IMG/VR virus record: IMGVR_UViG_3300033153_008183
Span: 16,918 to 80,917 of that record
Length of the DNA: 64,000 bases
Direction: 5' to 3' (one strand)
From: a virus
The position numbers and the translations under genes were made by a program. How positions within the stretch are numbered: the stretch's first letter is position 1; every line of letters starts with the position of its first letter. Shown piece by piece: positions 1 to 10,298 of the stretch. A model generated the notes under the pieces. The model searched no databases. It saw nothing but the letters and a program-made list of their open reading frames with translations, and was not told the origin of the DNA.

Positions 1-7
1 TTTAGGT

Positions 8-268
8 TTGAGATTAGCTGTATGGAGCATGGGTAAAACAGCTAATCTATTATGCTTGGATGAGCCAGCAAAGAATCTTGATGTAATTCGCAGTCCTGTA
101 ATGACTACACTATTAAAGGATATCAGTGATCAATTGAAGGTGCAGGTCCTTATGAGCACACATAAAGAAGATCAAATTGATAGTGCTGATAAGGTGTATA
201 AAGTTGTTCAGAAATTTAATAAGAAACTGGGATATAGAATTTCCAGAGTGCATTTGGTGAGAGCTTAA
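8..268 (+). CDS. C-terminal end of SbcC/Rad50 (gp46-like) ABC ATPase, truncated by window start
   Basis: Walker B/D-loop LCLDEPAKNLD and H-loop VLMSTH. Confidence 0.75.
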   Translation: MRLAVWSMGKTANLLCLDEPAKNLDVIRSPVMTTLLKDISDQLKVQVLMSTHKEDQIDSADKVYKVVQKFNKKLGYRISRVHLVRA

Positions 269-290
269 AGCAATAAATCCTTATGTTTAA

Positions 291-839
291 TTATAAAGAT
301 TTATTTAAAATTGCTTTCCCTTTTACTAACCATACTATTCCAAATACACTCATCATAATTGTTTCGATTATTATTGTCGAATATCTTATATGTAAAATAT
401 ATGCTCCCGCCCATAGTACCAAACAAAACATAATAATTATTCCGCTTATCTTATATATTTTATTGTTCTTTTTCCCTTGTGTGAATTGGAAATATGACAT
501 ATAAGCGATGGATAAAAAGAATATTACTGCTGCTAATCCATGAATTAAAATGGAATAAGATGAAGGAATTATTGCTACCAGGATAATTGAGCTCCCAGAA
601 ATAGAAGATACAATATTGTCTTTCAGGTCGTATCCTTTGTAAGTTAAAAGAAAGGCTCCGGTAATTGTAAGTATCGCAACCATAATGTCCCTCATTATAG
701 TACGATAATAAGCAGACATCGTTTGTTCTACTTGTCCTGTAACTATAAGAATTACAATTATACATAATGGAGCAAGAAGTATTCCAAGAATACCAATTGC
801 CTTTCTTAATGTTAAGTAGGAGATTATTTTATTATCCAT
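291..839 (-). CDS. Multi-pass membrane protein, DUF998-like
   Basis: About 6 hydrophobic segments; ISYLTLRKAIGILG start, SAYY and IHGLAAVIFF motifs; last gene of tail operon. Confidence 0.55.
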   Translation of the reverse strand: MDNKIISYLTLRKAIGILGILLAPLCIIVILIVTGQVEQTMSAYYRTIMRDIMVAILTITGAFLLTYKGYDLKDNIVSSISGSSIILVAIIPSSYSILIHGLAAVIFFLSIAYMSYFQFTQGKKNNKIYKISGIIIMFCLVLWAGAYILHIRYSTIIIETIMMSVFGIVWLVKGKAILNKSL

Positions 840-1389
840 TTATATACCCTTCATAAGCTGTTTCTACTTCCTCAATTGTTGTAGCTGACTCTATAGCATC
901 TTTTACTGTCCAACTATCCTCATAAGTTGTTTTAAGAAATGTATTAAATGCAGATATTAACGTTCTAAAAGTAGTAATATCCAATATTGTATAATACACA
1001 TTCTCTTTAGTTCTCCAATCAAGAGGAAATATATCTACTCCATCCATGTGTCTTACATAGTACATCTGCAATCTTACTTGAGAATAACTATCAGCTCTTA
1101 TTGTATGCTGTCCCAATGTAAATCCTGCATCCAACCTTTGAAGTCTTATGTCACTTACCCTTATTTGATAATTTGTTTTTGTAGCCTCAAGAGTTAATAT
1201 CCATTCTTCATTGATAGAATCCCATTCAAAATCATCACCGGGGGAAAGCGGTACTTCTTGTTCTATTTCTTCACCATCTAAAATCCTTTGTTGAACTTCA
1301 GACCAATATTCTTCATCTGTATCAATTACATGATAAGGCATATTATTTACTTCAATTACATATGTTCCGTCTTTTCTTGTATATATCAT
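832..1389 (-). CDS. Tail fibre assembly protein, DUF4376-like
   Basis: Follows tail fibre; WRTKEN motif and C-terminal KDAIESATTIEEVE. Confidence 0.6.
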   Translation of the reverse strand: MIYTRKDGTYVIEVNNMPYHVIDTDEEYWSEVQQRILDGEEIEQEVPLSPGDDFEWDSINEEWILTLEATKTNYQIRVSDIRLQRLDAGFTLGQHTIRADSYSQVRLQMYYVRHMDGVDIFPLDWRTKENVYYTILDITTFRTLISAFNTFLKTTYEDSWTVKDAIESATTIEEVETAYEGYING

Positions 1390-1399
1390 TTATTCCTCC

Positions 1400-2458
1400 T
1401 TATCCTGATATTTTAGTTACAGCAGCTATAAAATTTGTGCTTACTGTTGAATCACCGGAAACCATTATTGTTTCCCCTGCAGTCGCTGTCCCTCCTGTTC
1501 CATAAATAGAACTAGATGTTACAGTAGGATCCTTATCAATAGATAAAATTATCCACTCATACGTCCCTCCTGATGGAAGTTTTATATTATAAGAAGTATT
1601 TGAAGAAATAGACACTCCTACTATAACTGTTTGCCCCACCGTCATTGCAGGCATAGTATATGCTGAGGCTATAAGTACATGAATCACTTTAGTTTGATCA
1701 TAAGCCTCAAAATCACCTAATCCAGTATTTATAGAAGGGCAATTCACTATTCCAAATGTTACTTCATCATTAGTATCCAATCCAAGCATTGTCCTGACTT
1801 GTGAATTAGTAAGTTCTTCTACAACACCATTCGCACCAGATACTCTTCCAAGAAGCCTTTCATCAAGAACTACATTCTGCATTTTTGTATATGTCACAGC
1901 ATCATTCTGTACCATTCCTGTAGCCACTTTTAATGCTCCTATTGTTAATTCGGCACTTCCTGTAACATCTCCAGTGTGATTTGCATTGGTTACTTTTCCA
2001 TTATTAGTAACTACATCTGAATGTTCACTACCATCACGAGTCTTATGTGCAGTATTATCTGCAACTGCTGAAGTAAAATCAGTATTAGGTACCGCACTTA
2101 ATCCTACTTGTGTTTTAGTTACATCATGAGGATCATCAGTTAATCCTCTATGATCAGTATTATTAGATACAGGTGTAGTGAAATCAGTATTAGGTACAGC
2201 ACTTAATCCTACTTCTGATTTTGTTACATCATGAGGATTTCCTTCAACTACACCTCTATGAGTAGTATTTGCTTCTACATCACTATGGCTCGTAATCCAA
2301 CTTGTCAACCAACTCTTAAAATTAGCCCATGTCCATTTTCTATCTATCAAAACTGGAGTAGCTTCGGAAGGGAGTGCAACATAAACTATAGCATCATCCG
2401 GAAGATCAGCCGGAAGCACTACATCATAATCTGTTATTCTTTTAAATCCACCAGCCAT
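1400..2458 (-). CDS. Tail fibre protein
   Basis: PHDVTKxxVGLSAVPNTD repeats, HTGDVTG and VTYTKMQNV fibre motifs; downstream of baseplate. Confidence 0.75.
   Translation of the reverse strand: MAGGFKRITDYDVVLPADLPDDAIVYVALPSEATPVLIDRKWTWANFKSWLTSWITSHSDVEANTTHRGVVEGNPHDVTKSEVGLSAVPNTDFTTPVSNNTDHRGLTDDPHDVTKTQVGLSAVPNTDFTSAVADNTAHKTRDGSEHSDVVTNNGKVTNANHTGDVTGSAELTIGALKVATGMVQNDAVTYTKMQNVVLDERLLGRVSGANGVVEELTNSQVRTMLGLDTNDEVTFGIVNCPSINTGLGDFEAYDQTKVIHVLIASAYTMPAMTVGQTVIVGVSISSNTSYNIKLPSGGTYEWIILSIDKDPTVTSSSIYGTGGTATAGETIMVSGDSTVSTNFIAAVTKISG
2074..2238. repeat. Two near-identical ~55-bp copies at 105-bp (35-aa) period inside tail fibre gene
   Basis: aaatcagtattaggtacNgcacttaatcctactt...gttacatcatgaggat seen twice. 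Confidence 0.8.
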
Positions 2459-2468
2459 AATTTATCTC

Positions 2469-3008
2469 CTATACATCACTATCGATAAGTGGATAGCTAT
2501 TAGCATCCACAATAAAATCTGTATTTGCATCTACTATATAATTTCCTGAAGGAACTTGCATCAATAATACTCCAAAAACGCCTGCAGGAATAAGTTTTTC
2601 TAATATTTCTTGATTAATATCCCCATCAGTGTCAATTGTAAATCCTGCTGGATATCCATTTGTGTATGTTACATATGTAGCTTCATATAAATTAAATAAT
2701 ACTTTTTTAATCTCAGTAAAAGTTCCTGAAATACTTAAAGAAATTTTTATATTGATACGGTATCTGTAATCATCATCTGTATCACCCTCTCTAGCTTCAT
2801 CCCAAACAGCTCCTATTATGGTCAATTCAGCCCCTGACGCTGTTGATAATACGAATCTGTCCCTTATTTCCAATACAGCAGTCTGAAGAGGTATAGCAGC
2901 TGCTGTCATAGCCTGGAGAAGCTTTTGAAGCTCAGTGCTGTCCTTAAAGTGTTGTACAAGAAGAGAAACAGCTACTGTGGGATAGTCACTGGAAACTATT
3001 TCTGCCAT
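2469..3008 (-). CDS. Baseplate wedge protein, DUF2612-like (paralog 2)
   Basis: TASGAELTIIG..W and DDDYRYRI motifs; near baseplate J. Confidence 0.7.
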   Translation of the reverse strand: MAEIVSSDYPTVAVSLLVQHFKDSTELQKLLQAMTAAAIPLQTAVLEIRDRFVLSTASGAELTIIGAVWDEAREGDTDDDYRYRINIKISLSISGTFTEIKKVLFNLYEATYVTYTNGYPAGFTIDTDGDINQEILEKLIPAGVFGVLLMQVPSGNYIVDANTDFIVDANSYPLIDSDV

Positions 3009-3021
3009 TTATAAATTCCTC

Positions 3022-3480
3022 TCATAAAATTGTTCCTTGTACCCCAGCAGCTGTTAAACTATCTAAAGCAATTTGTGTAATCACTGCATCTGTTGTTAAA
3101 TCATAACCTGCAGGATAATCTGCAGCATATGTAACATATGTAGCTCCATAAAAATAAAGTAATATTTGTTTTATTTCTGGAATAGTACCTGAGACAGATA
3201 ATCCAACTTTAACTTCTATTTTATCTCTATACTCATCATCAGTTTCGGTTATATCCAATCTCCGGGAAACATCCCAGATTCTGCCTATAATGGTTAATTC
3301 TATTCCTTCAGCAGTAGTTATAATAAACTTATCTCTTATCTCAAAAAAAGTAGTCTGCAGTTCCATATTGGTTGTTGCTATAATATTAAAAATCTTTTTA
3401 AAGTCTTCACTATCTTTAAATCTTTCAATTAAAAGAGAAAGAGCAATTGTAGAATAATCAATACTTTCAAGCTCTGCCAT
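3022..3480 (-). CDS. Baseplate wedge protein, DUF2612-like (paralog 1)
   Basis: TAEGIELTIIG.IW and TDDEYR; aligns along its length with 2469..3008. Confidence 0.7.
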   Translation of the reverse strand: MAELESIDYSTIALSLLIERFKDSEDFKKIFNIIATTNMELQTTFFEIRDKFIITTAEGIELTIIGRIWDVSRRLDITETDDEYRDKIEVKVGLSVSGTIPEIKQILLYFYGATYVTYAADYPAGYDLTTDAVITQIALDSLTAAGVQGTIL

Positions 3481-4925
3481 TAAGGTCCCTCAATAACTAT
3501 GACACGAGTTAATATTATTTCTGCATTCTCTCTGTTTAAAATGACAATATCATCTTCAGCGTATGAAGGAGTTCCTTCCGGAGTTGCTGTCTTTGCTATT
3601 TCTATAGTAAGTTCTCCAGAACCAGGAACTGTGTAAACTGGGATAGAAATTCTTTGTCTGATAACATCAGTTCCTTGTTTCAAATAAGTTTCAGCCCAAT
3701 CAACAACTGCAGCTTGTATCTGTTCATCTCCATCAGAGGGGTAAATTTCTTCAGAATTAGGAATTCTTGTGATACGTGCCCACACATAAATAGGAGTAGG
3801 CCGGGTGAAATCAATAGTTACATCAGTGCTGTCAATAGGATCTACAGCTGTTCCTGAATCATTATCACCATATATCTCTATACCTGCAGGAGCATTTTCA
3901 TAAATTGCCTGGGCTATCTCATCCTCATCACCACCTAAAACTACTGTTTCAAATGCTTTTGCAGGAATTCCAGAAGCATCTGTTACTAATGTTCGATTGC
4001 TGAAAACAGAAACTGAACTTACATTTTCTACTTTTTCAACTGCTATCTGTATAGCATTATCTGTACTTTTTCCAGAAATCAATTCTTTTCTGCGTCTGAT
4101 TCTCAAAGCGACATCTGTTTCTATTTCAGATCCGGTTTCTCCTGCAGATGGATTATTCACAGAATCCCATCCTGAAACAGGTGTTACAATCTCAATAAGA
4201 GAATTTGCCGGTGCTGTGATTACTCCTGACGTATTAGATCTAAAATCTCCAGCAGAAGCTAAAATATCCAACGTCCAAAGCACATTATAATCAAATGAAA
4301 AATCAACAATAGCAAAAATCTCTAAAGTACCATTTACCAGAGTTCCTGTGACTCCACTTGGAAGTTCTGCAATCATAGCCGTTATTATCTCATCAACTGT
4401 AGGATCAGCATCTGCAATTACAGAATATACCACACTGTTAATTGTAATAGTGTATTCATCAGATTCGCTGGGTTCATCCGGTGTTAAAATAGCTTTACGA
4501 GCAACTGCTTTTGTAATAATAATCCCATCTACCAAAGCAAAATAAAGATCATCAGCTGGTGAAAAAGAAGCTGATAAAGTAATTCTATTCTCATCAGCAG
4601 CTATAACTGTTCCTTCATCACCATAACAGAGAACATTTTGTGCAAATGTATAACTGGCAGCTTTACGCACCGTACCTGTTTCTGCACTGATCCGGTCAAG
4701 ACTTACTCCTGTAGCTGAATCAGGATCCCTGGATAAATATATCTCTTCTATAATTTCATCCTGGTCCGTCATTATTTTAGAAGTAATGGCTACTAACTGT
4801 CCGAAAGGACCACTCGGATCCAAATCAGCATCATCTCCAAATTGTTCTTTAAAAAGATCTTCAACCTTTATTTTCCATTCTGCTAATGATTCTTTCTGAT
4901 AACCAGAATCAGTAAATGTACCCAT
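3480..4925 (-). CDS. Baseplate J-like protein
   Basis: PDSATGVSLD, GWDSVNNP..G.EIETDVALR, GGDEDEIAQAI..PAGI motifs. Confidence 0.9.
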   Translation of the reverse strand: MGTFTDSGYQKESLAEWKIKVEDLFKEQFGDDADLDPSGPFGQLVAITSKIMTDQDEIIEEIYLSRDPDSATGVSLDRISAETGTVRKAASYTFAQNVLCYGDEGTVIAADENRITLSASFSPADDLYFALVDGIIITKAVARKAILTPDEPSESDEYTITINSVVYSVIADADPTVDEIITAMIAELPSGVTGTLVNGTLEIFAIVDFSFDYNVLWTLDILASAGDFRSNTSGVITAPANSLIEIVTPVSGWDSVNNPSAGETGSEIETDVALRIRRRKELISGKSTDNAIQIAVEKVENVSSVSVFSNRTLVTDASGIPAKAFETVVLGGDEDEIAQAIYENAPAGIEIYGDNDSGTAVDPIDSTDVTIDFTRPTPIYVWARITRIPNSEEIYPSDGDEQIQAAVVDWAETYLKQGTDVIRQRISIPVYTVPGSGELTIEIAKTATPEGTPSYAEDDIVILNRENAEIILTRVIVIEGP

Positions 4926-5290
4926 TAGGAAACCTCCAAAGCAGTATCTCCGGATACTTCACCCAGTACCGTATCAACTGTAAATTTAATTGCATATGTT
5001 CTGGTAGCTCCTATATACTCTCCTGTATAGGAAATAATAGAATTTACACCTTCTGTTTCTAATAAAGTATTCTTAAAAAAAGAATCTACTAATGATCTGT
5101 CACTTGTTTTTACAAACACTTGAGAAACATAAGGAATTCCTAATGTCTTATCTAAAAAATAGTCACCTTTAATCATAAGAAGATTACTTTCACATAATTG
5201 AGCAAGAGCTCCTATATCTGAAGTCATAGTTAGATTTCTTTTAGTTATTACTATATCATTTGTAATTGGATCAATATATAAATTTGTCAT
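4925..5290 (-). CDS. Baseplate wedge/sheath initiator (gp25/XkdS-like)
   Basis: GDYFLDKTLGIPY...ETEGV motif; immediately upstream of J. Confidence 0.75.
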   Translation of the reverse strand: MTNLYIDPITNDIVITKRNLTMTSDIGALAQLCESNLLMIKGDYFLDKTLGIPYVSQVFVKTSDRSLVDSFFKNTLLETEGVNSIISYTGEYIGATRTYAIKFTVDTVLGEVSGDTALEVS

Positions 5291-5664
5291 TCTGCCCTCA
5301 CTTTAATTTGGCCCGCATCGTTCACTTCTAAACTGCAGGCACATGGCATGGGGGTATAAGGTGAAGCAGTCAAAGTGAAACTTCCAGCACAAACTCCAAT
5401 ATCACCTTTACGCATTACAGCTTTACTATCTGACTTAACTTTTAAAGCAGTAGCTATGACTCCATCACTCGCTCCAGAGACAAAAGTATGTGAAGCTAAT
5501 GTACAACCTGAAGGTGACCACCCTATACTATTCACTGCCACATTAGACCCATTCATCTTAAATTTACCGGGAGTATCTGAGGTACTTCCATCAGGAGTAG
5601 CAGCTCCTGGTATTGTATTGGTAACTTGCAGATTATAATCCACATTAGCTATTTCTGCTCCCAT
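5287..5664 (-). CDS. Probable spike-tip protein (PAAR-like)
   Basis: Small Gly/Cys-containing beta protein after spike gene; KVK...VMRKGD and C-terminal AGQIKVRAE. Confidence 0.5.
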   Translation of the reverse strand: MGAEIANVDYNLQVTNTIPGAATPDGSTSDTPGKFKMNGSNVAVNSIGWSPSGCTLASHTFVSGASDGVIATALKVKSDSKAVMRKGDIGVCAGSFTLTASPYTPMPCACSLEVNDAGQIKVRAE

Positions 5665-6203
5665 TATTGTAATACCTCTAAATTAGTCCCATTAATTGAC
5701 ACCTTACTGGAATCCGTTACAATGCTATTACCATTAGTGTCTTCAATTATAACCTCTTTAGCACCATCCAACCTTAAATTTCCATCTTTATCTATGTATA
5801 AGTTTACAGTAGATTCTACTACTTTCGGAGTTAAACCTAAAATAGCAATAGCATCTGTTTCAGAAAATCTATGTTTCCCTTCCGGAGTGACTTGATTACA
5901 ACCATCAGAATCAACCCAGGCTCCTAAAGCAGCCTCAGAGAAAACTAATAAAACACCATCTCCTTTTTGAACTTCCCAGGACATTTTAAAAGCTTGTCCA
6001 GAAGGAAACATAACAGGTACTCCAGGTATAACCGGGAGAGCTACTTCTGTATTTTTTATAGTTATTTTACTTAAAAGAGGAAGAACATCAGCAGTTTGAG
6101 TAGCTTCATCATATTTTTCTATTTTACCAGGGATAGCAGTATGAACATCTTCAAACTTAGAACTTAACCAGATGGTCATAGCTTCTACTAAATCTGTTCT
6201 CAT
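5664..6203 (-). CDS. Baseplate central spike (Gp138-like)
   Basis: HTAIPGKI, VPVMFP, GDGVLLVFSE, DAIAI motifs. Confidence 0.85.
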   Translation of the reverse strand: MRTDLVEAMTIWLSSKFEDVHTAIPGKIEKYDEATQTADVLPLLSKITIKNTEVALPVIPGVPVMFPSGQAFKMSWEVQKGDGVLLVFSEAALGAWVDSDGCNQVTPEGKHRFSETDAIAILGLTPKVVESTVNLYIDKDGNLRLDGAKEVIIEDTNGNSIVTDSSKVSINGTNLEVLQ

Positions 6204-7048
6204 GTTACTCCCTCCCCAGTTGCTATAAATGCTCCTCCATAATTATTACCTGAAAACGATACTTTTTCAAGAATAAAAGTACCTTCAACTGTACTCTCAT
6301 CTAATACTACAACACCATTAGGATTTAATTGAGGATTTAAAAGAGATTTAAAAGATACTCTTAAGGGAAACTCTTCTTCCGGATTACCTGCTTTACTAGA
6401 ATCAGTCAATTTAGCAGTTCCTATTAATCCTGTCTCCGGAGTAAGGTAAACTACTTTAAATCTTGTATCTGCAGTATTCCGTTCAAAAACTACAACAGTA
6501 GTATTGTCAATAAAAAGATCCATGCCATTAACTGCTAAAATATCTTTACATTTGGCAAAAGCTGCTTTAGCAGATCCTGCAAAAGAAAAACCATTAGATA
6601 ACTTTATATTTTTAGCTATTTCAAAACCATAAGTAGTAAGACCTAAAGCTGTAGCTATATCCTTTAAAGGAGTTGTGATTGCTATGTTTCGTTTGTATGA
6701 AAGACTGACCGTGACATATTCTAAATCTCTATTTGCATTCTGAATACTTCCAGCCACAATATCTACTATACGATTAGGACCTTCTTTATAGGTAACACTT
6801 TCAATAATCTGTCCTACATAAATAACTCCAGAACCTTCATCGTCATAACCAGCAGTAACAATAATACTAGCTCCTTTTTTTAAAAACTTTTCCTGAGTGT
6901 CAGAAGCAGGGTTATATATTTTTAATTTTGCAGAATTTGCAGAAAAATCAATAGATCTTTCTATTTGAAAATCAATATTAAGATCTGAAATAAGAATACC
7001 TGTGTGTTCAAATCCTATTTTCACATTTAAAATTCTATTGAAAGCCAT
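6200..7048 (-). CDS. Baseplate hub protein
   Basis: IDFQIERS...KIYN, AGY..IYVG, ETGLIG, LLNPQL; start MAFNRIL preferred. Confidence 0.8.
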   Translation of the reverse strand: MAFNRILNVKIGFEHTGILISDLNIDFQIERSIDFSANSAKLKIYNPASDTQEKFLKKGASIIVTAGYDDEGSGVIYVGQIIESVTYKEGPNRIVDIVAGSIQNANRDLEYVTVSLSYKRNIAITTPLKDIATALGLTTYGFEIAKNIKLSNGFSFAGSAKAAFAKCKDILAVNGMDLFIDNTTVVVFERNTADTRFKVVYLTPETGLIGTAKLTDSSKAGNPEEEFPLRVSFKSLLNPQLNPNGVVVLDESTVEGTFILEKVSFSGNNYGGAFIATGEGVT

Positions 7049-7388
7049 TAAAATCCTTCCAATTATTGAACTCTTCATTTGAAAGATAAAAAAGACCGTG
7101 ACCTTCCCCCAAACTAGAATAAGTTATTTCAGTAGTTAAGGCTGAATTTTGTAAAAAAATTAAAAACTGACCTGATAAATTAGTTACAAATTGATATAGT
7201 AATGGAAAATTTACAACCATTTTAATACCATTTAAAGTTAATCCTGAAGCTACTTCTTTATATTCATTTAACATCCAATATTGACTCTTAGTATTCCATG
7301 CGAATCTAAGACTGATTTCAACATTATCTAATGTAATTCTTTCTGTGAAATCAGAAGATTGATCTTGAAAAACAGGTATTTCCAACAT
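7035..7388 (-). CDS. Baseplate plug/small hub-associated protein
   Basis: ITLDNVEISLRFAWN...W motif; conserved position. Confidence 0.65.
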   Translation of the reverse strand: MLEIPVFQDQSSDFTERITLDNVEISLRFAWNTKSQYWMLNEYKEVASGLTLNGIKMVVNFPLLYQFVTNLSGQFLIFLQNSALTTEITYSSLGEGHGLFYLSNEEFNNWKDFNGFQ

Positions 7389-8041
7389 TATCTACCTCCA
7401 TAATGAATAGTAGGAGCTGATTTTTCTGCATAAGTTCTATCTTCATAATAAGAAGGTGTCTCATGTACTGATTGACTTCCAACATCTACTGGAGGAGAAG
7501 CCTGTTGACTTTCCTCAGTTTCTAATTCAGTTATCACAATACTGGCATCTACAGATATTTTTTTAAGTCTTATAATTCTAAATTCAGTAAAAGATACTTC
7601 AAAAGTACCAGCTTCACCTACTCCTACATTTCGAGAAGTACTTATTTTAGTGATAGCAACATCTTCATAAACTTCAAGGTCAGTTACTAAAGTTACAAGT
7701 TCTTTTGATTTCCATAATTGTTTAAAAAGATCATATACATCCTGTACTCTATTTGTTTCTAATTCTCCTATCTTCAAACTATAATTAGAAACAAAAAATG
7801 AAGCTGATCCAGAACGTAACTCTTTTTCTATATGATCTGTGATAGGAGAACCATCTTCTACTGGATGATTAGTAACTTTACTATTAAATGAATGTGATTC
7901 AGATATTTGAAGATCAAATACCAAACTAAATGAATCACTTTTAATAGATTTACTTCGTTTACGGCCCCCAAAAAGCATAGCAGGAATTTTTAAACTTCTT
8001 GTTTGTGATTTTGAATGACGATAAACATTTTCACTTACCAT
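7388..8041 (-). CDS. Dit-like tube initiator/baseplate protein
   Basis: ESH...VTNHPVEDGSPITDHI; follows tape measure. Confidence 0.8.
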   Translation of the reverse strand: MVSENVYRHSKSQTRSLKIPAMLFGGRKRSKSIKSDSFSLVFDLQISESHSFNSKVTNHPVEDGSPITDHIEKELRSGSASFFVSNYSLKIGELETNRVQDVYDLFKQLWKSKELVTLVTDLEVYEDVAITKISTSRNVGVGEAGTFEVSFTEFRIIRLKKISVDASIVITELETEESQQASPPVDVGSQSVHETPSYYEDRTYAEKSAPTIHYGGR

Positions 8042-8042
8042 A

Positions 8043-10286
8043 CTAAATTCCTGCTTCTATAAGTATTTTTCTAACTTCAATTGCTACTGCTGATCTGGCG
8101 GCAGCTGCAACAGCCCCAGCATTATTAGGATCTACACCTTCAATAGTGACATTGGTATCACCAAATGTAGCATTTGTAGTTGTGGAAGAAGTTGCTCCTC
8201 CTGGAGCCCCCAACATTTCCTCTTTCATACCTTTCTCATAAGCTCCTTCTGCTTTTCCCCAGCTCGAAGGATCTTTTATAGATTCAATTAAATCTATAAT
8301 AAATCTTAAATCTTCTAACCAATTAGCAAAAGGCATTTCTACATTTGTAAGCCATGTGACAAACTCTTGAAATTTTCTTGTTGCAGCATTCATGTCATCT
8401 AAAGATTGATTCATAGGATTTAAAAATACGTCCATCAAAGATTTTCCAACTTGATTTATAATATCTAGTAATCCTTTAAAAACAACTCCTAAAGGAGTTA
8501 AAATTGCCATCACTAATCTTAAAATAAAAGAAAGCGGACTAATTATAATACCTAATGAATTAATGATAGGAGGAAGTATGTCAGCCGCAAATCTCATGAA
8601 ATCTTCAAATACACTTTCGAGACCTGAATTTTTCATGAATCTAACAGTTGCAGCCCCCATTTTAGATTTATATTGTTTTACTGCTCCTGGTAATCCTAAA
8701 AATCCCATACCTGCCATTTCTGCTGCAATATTTCCAGCCTTAGCAATTTCACCTCCAAACTCAGTTACAGCTTCAGCATTACCCGTAATAATAGGAGCCA
8801 AAGCTCTCCAGGGACGTATTCCTAATCCAGCTAAAAATTGTCCTTTAGAGACTTCATCCATATTTTGAAGAGCCATAAAAAGCTCATTTATATTATCTAT
8901 TTTACCAGTTTCATCTACAAAATTACCTATAGCAATCCCACCAGCTTGCATCAATTTAGTAAGTTTTTTAGAAGGATTAGTTAATTCCATTATAGCATTA
9001 CGAACCATAGTACCTGATTCTTCTCCAGCTAAACCATTCTTAGCAAGAACACCCAACCATGAACTTAACTGCTCCACACTTAAACCAGCTAATCTACCTG
9101 CAGGACCAATGTTTGCTAAAGCAGAACCTAACTGTTCTATATTTGTATTTGAATTAGAAGCTGTATATGCTAATGTATTATTAATACGAGCAAGATCTTC
9201 AACTTGTAAAGCATTCGATGACATAATGTTTGTAGATATATCAGCAGCTCTTGCTAAATCCATTTCTCCAGCTGCAGCTAATTGAAGTACTCCAGGAAGA
9301 GCTCCCATAACTTCTTTAACAGTAAGACCAGCCATTCCCAGAAACTTCTGAGCTTTAGCTGCTTCTGTAACAGTAAAAATACTTGCCTCACCTGATTTAA
9401 TAGCTGAGACTGCTAATTGCTCCATCTCTTTATTAGTAGCCATTGTAACACGTTTAACACCCATCATAGATGTTTCAAATGCAATAAATTGTCTGGTTGC
9501 AGATGCAATAGCTTTAATAGATTTGACAACTGCAAAAATAGCTCCTACTACTAAACCTAAAGCAGCAACAGCTCCTATAGCGGTGGCAGGTAGAGCACCC
9601 AAAGCTTTTCCTAAAAATGGAATTTTAGATGTTGCTCCTTGTATGCTTGTTCCGAAACCTTTAAAAAATGAACTAAGCTTGCCCCCTACTTTTTGAAACC
9701 CCCCAACCATAGCTTTTAAAAATTTATTATTTCCAGTCATTACAGTAGTTACTATTTTATTCCAGGTTTTTGTGATCCATAACTTTAATTTCAAAAGACC
9801 AGCTTTTGTTTTGATCCATAATTTAGACAGACCTATCTTCATAGCTGCCCATATTCCAGACATTTGCGTTTTAAAAGAAAGCCACATAGCCTTCCAGCCT
9901 TTTTGCATAACATGCATCCAGGAACGAACGGCACTTCTTAATCTTGTTAAAGTTAATCCCAATTTATTCATTGGGAGCATTACTTTTTGAACTCCTAAAA
10001 ATAATTTATGAAACATTTTTCCCGGAGTAAACTGATCTAAAAGTTTAAATGTGTTTTTAAATCCATTGAGAAACATTCTGGTTCTATTGAAGGTAGTAAG
10101 AAAACCGGACATACTCTGGAACCATTGGTTAGGAATTCCCTTTCTTAATTGATCCTGAAATCTAGTCCAGACATTATCTGTTCCTGTGACTTTTTCCTTT
10201 GCTTCATTTACCTTCTTAGCAAAATCTTTAACTTTAGAAGTATCAGCTTTAAAAGAAAACTTTGATATAAATTCTTCAATGACCAC
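8043..10286 (-). CDS. Tape measure protein (TP901-type core)
   Basis: FETSM..V, LGMAGL, LPGVLQLAAAG, SNTNIEQLG motifs; 747 aa. Confidence 0.9.
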   Translation of the reverse strand: MVIEEFISKFSFKADTSKVKDFAKKVNEAKEKVTGTDNVWTRFQDQLRKGIPNQWFQSMSGFLTTFNRTRMFLNGFKNTFKLLDQFTPGKMFHKLFLGVQKVMLPMNKLGLTLTRLRSAVRSWMHVMQKGWKAMWLSFKTQMSGIWAAMKIGLSKLWIKTKAGLLKLKLWITKTWNKIVTTVMTGNNKFLKAMVGGFQKVGGKLSSFFKGFGTSIQGATSKIPFLGKALGALPATAIGAVAALGLVVGAIFAVVKSIKAIASATRQFIAFETSMMGVKRVTMATNKEMEQLAVSAIKSGEASIFTVTEAAKAQKFLGMAGLTVKEVMGALPGVLQLAAAGEMDLARAADISTNIMSSNALQVEDLARINNTLAYTASNSNTNIEQLGSALANIGPAGRLAGLSVEQLSSWLGVLAKNGLAGEESGTMVRNAIMELTNPSKKLTKLMQAGGIAIGNFVDETGKIDNINELFMALQNMDEVSKGQFLAGLGIRPWRALAPIITGNAEAVTEFGGEIAKAGNIAAEMAGMGFLGLPGAVKQYKSKMGAATVRFMKNSGLESVFEDFMRFAADILPPIINSLGIIISPLSFILRLVMAILTPLGVVFKGLLDIINQVGKSLMDVFLNPMNQSLDDMNAATRKFQEFVTWLTNVEMPFANWLEDLRFIIDLIESIKDPSSWGKAEGAYEKGMKEEMLGAPGGATSSTTTNATFGDTNVTIEGVDPNNAGAVAAAARSAVAIEVRKILIEAGI

Positions 10287-10298
10287 TATACTTCCCCT

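Noticed and set aside
1400-2458. Diversity-generating retroelement or invertible fibre locus
   Set aside because: No reverse transcriptase, invertase or adenine-specific repeat pair seen.
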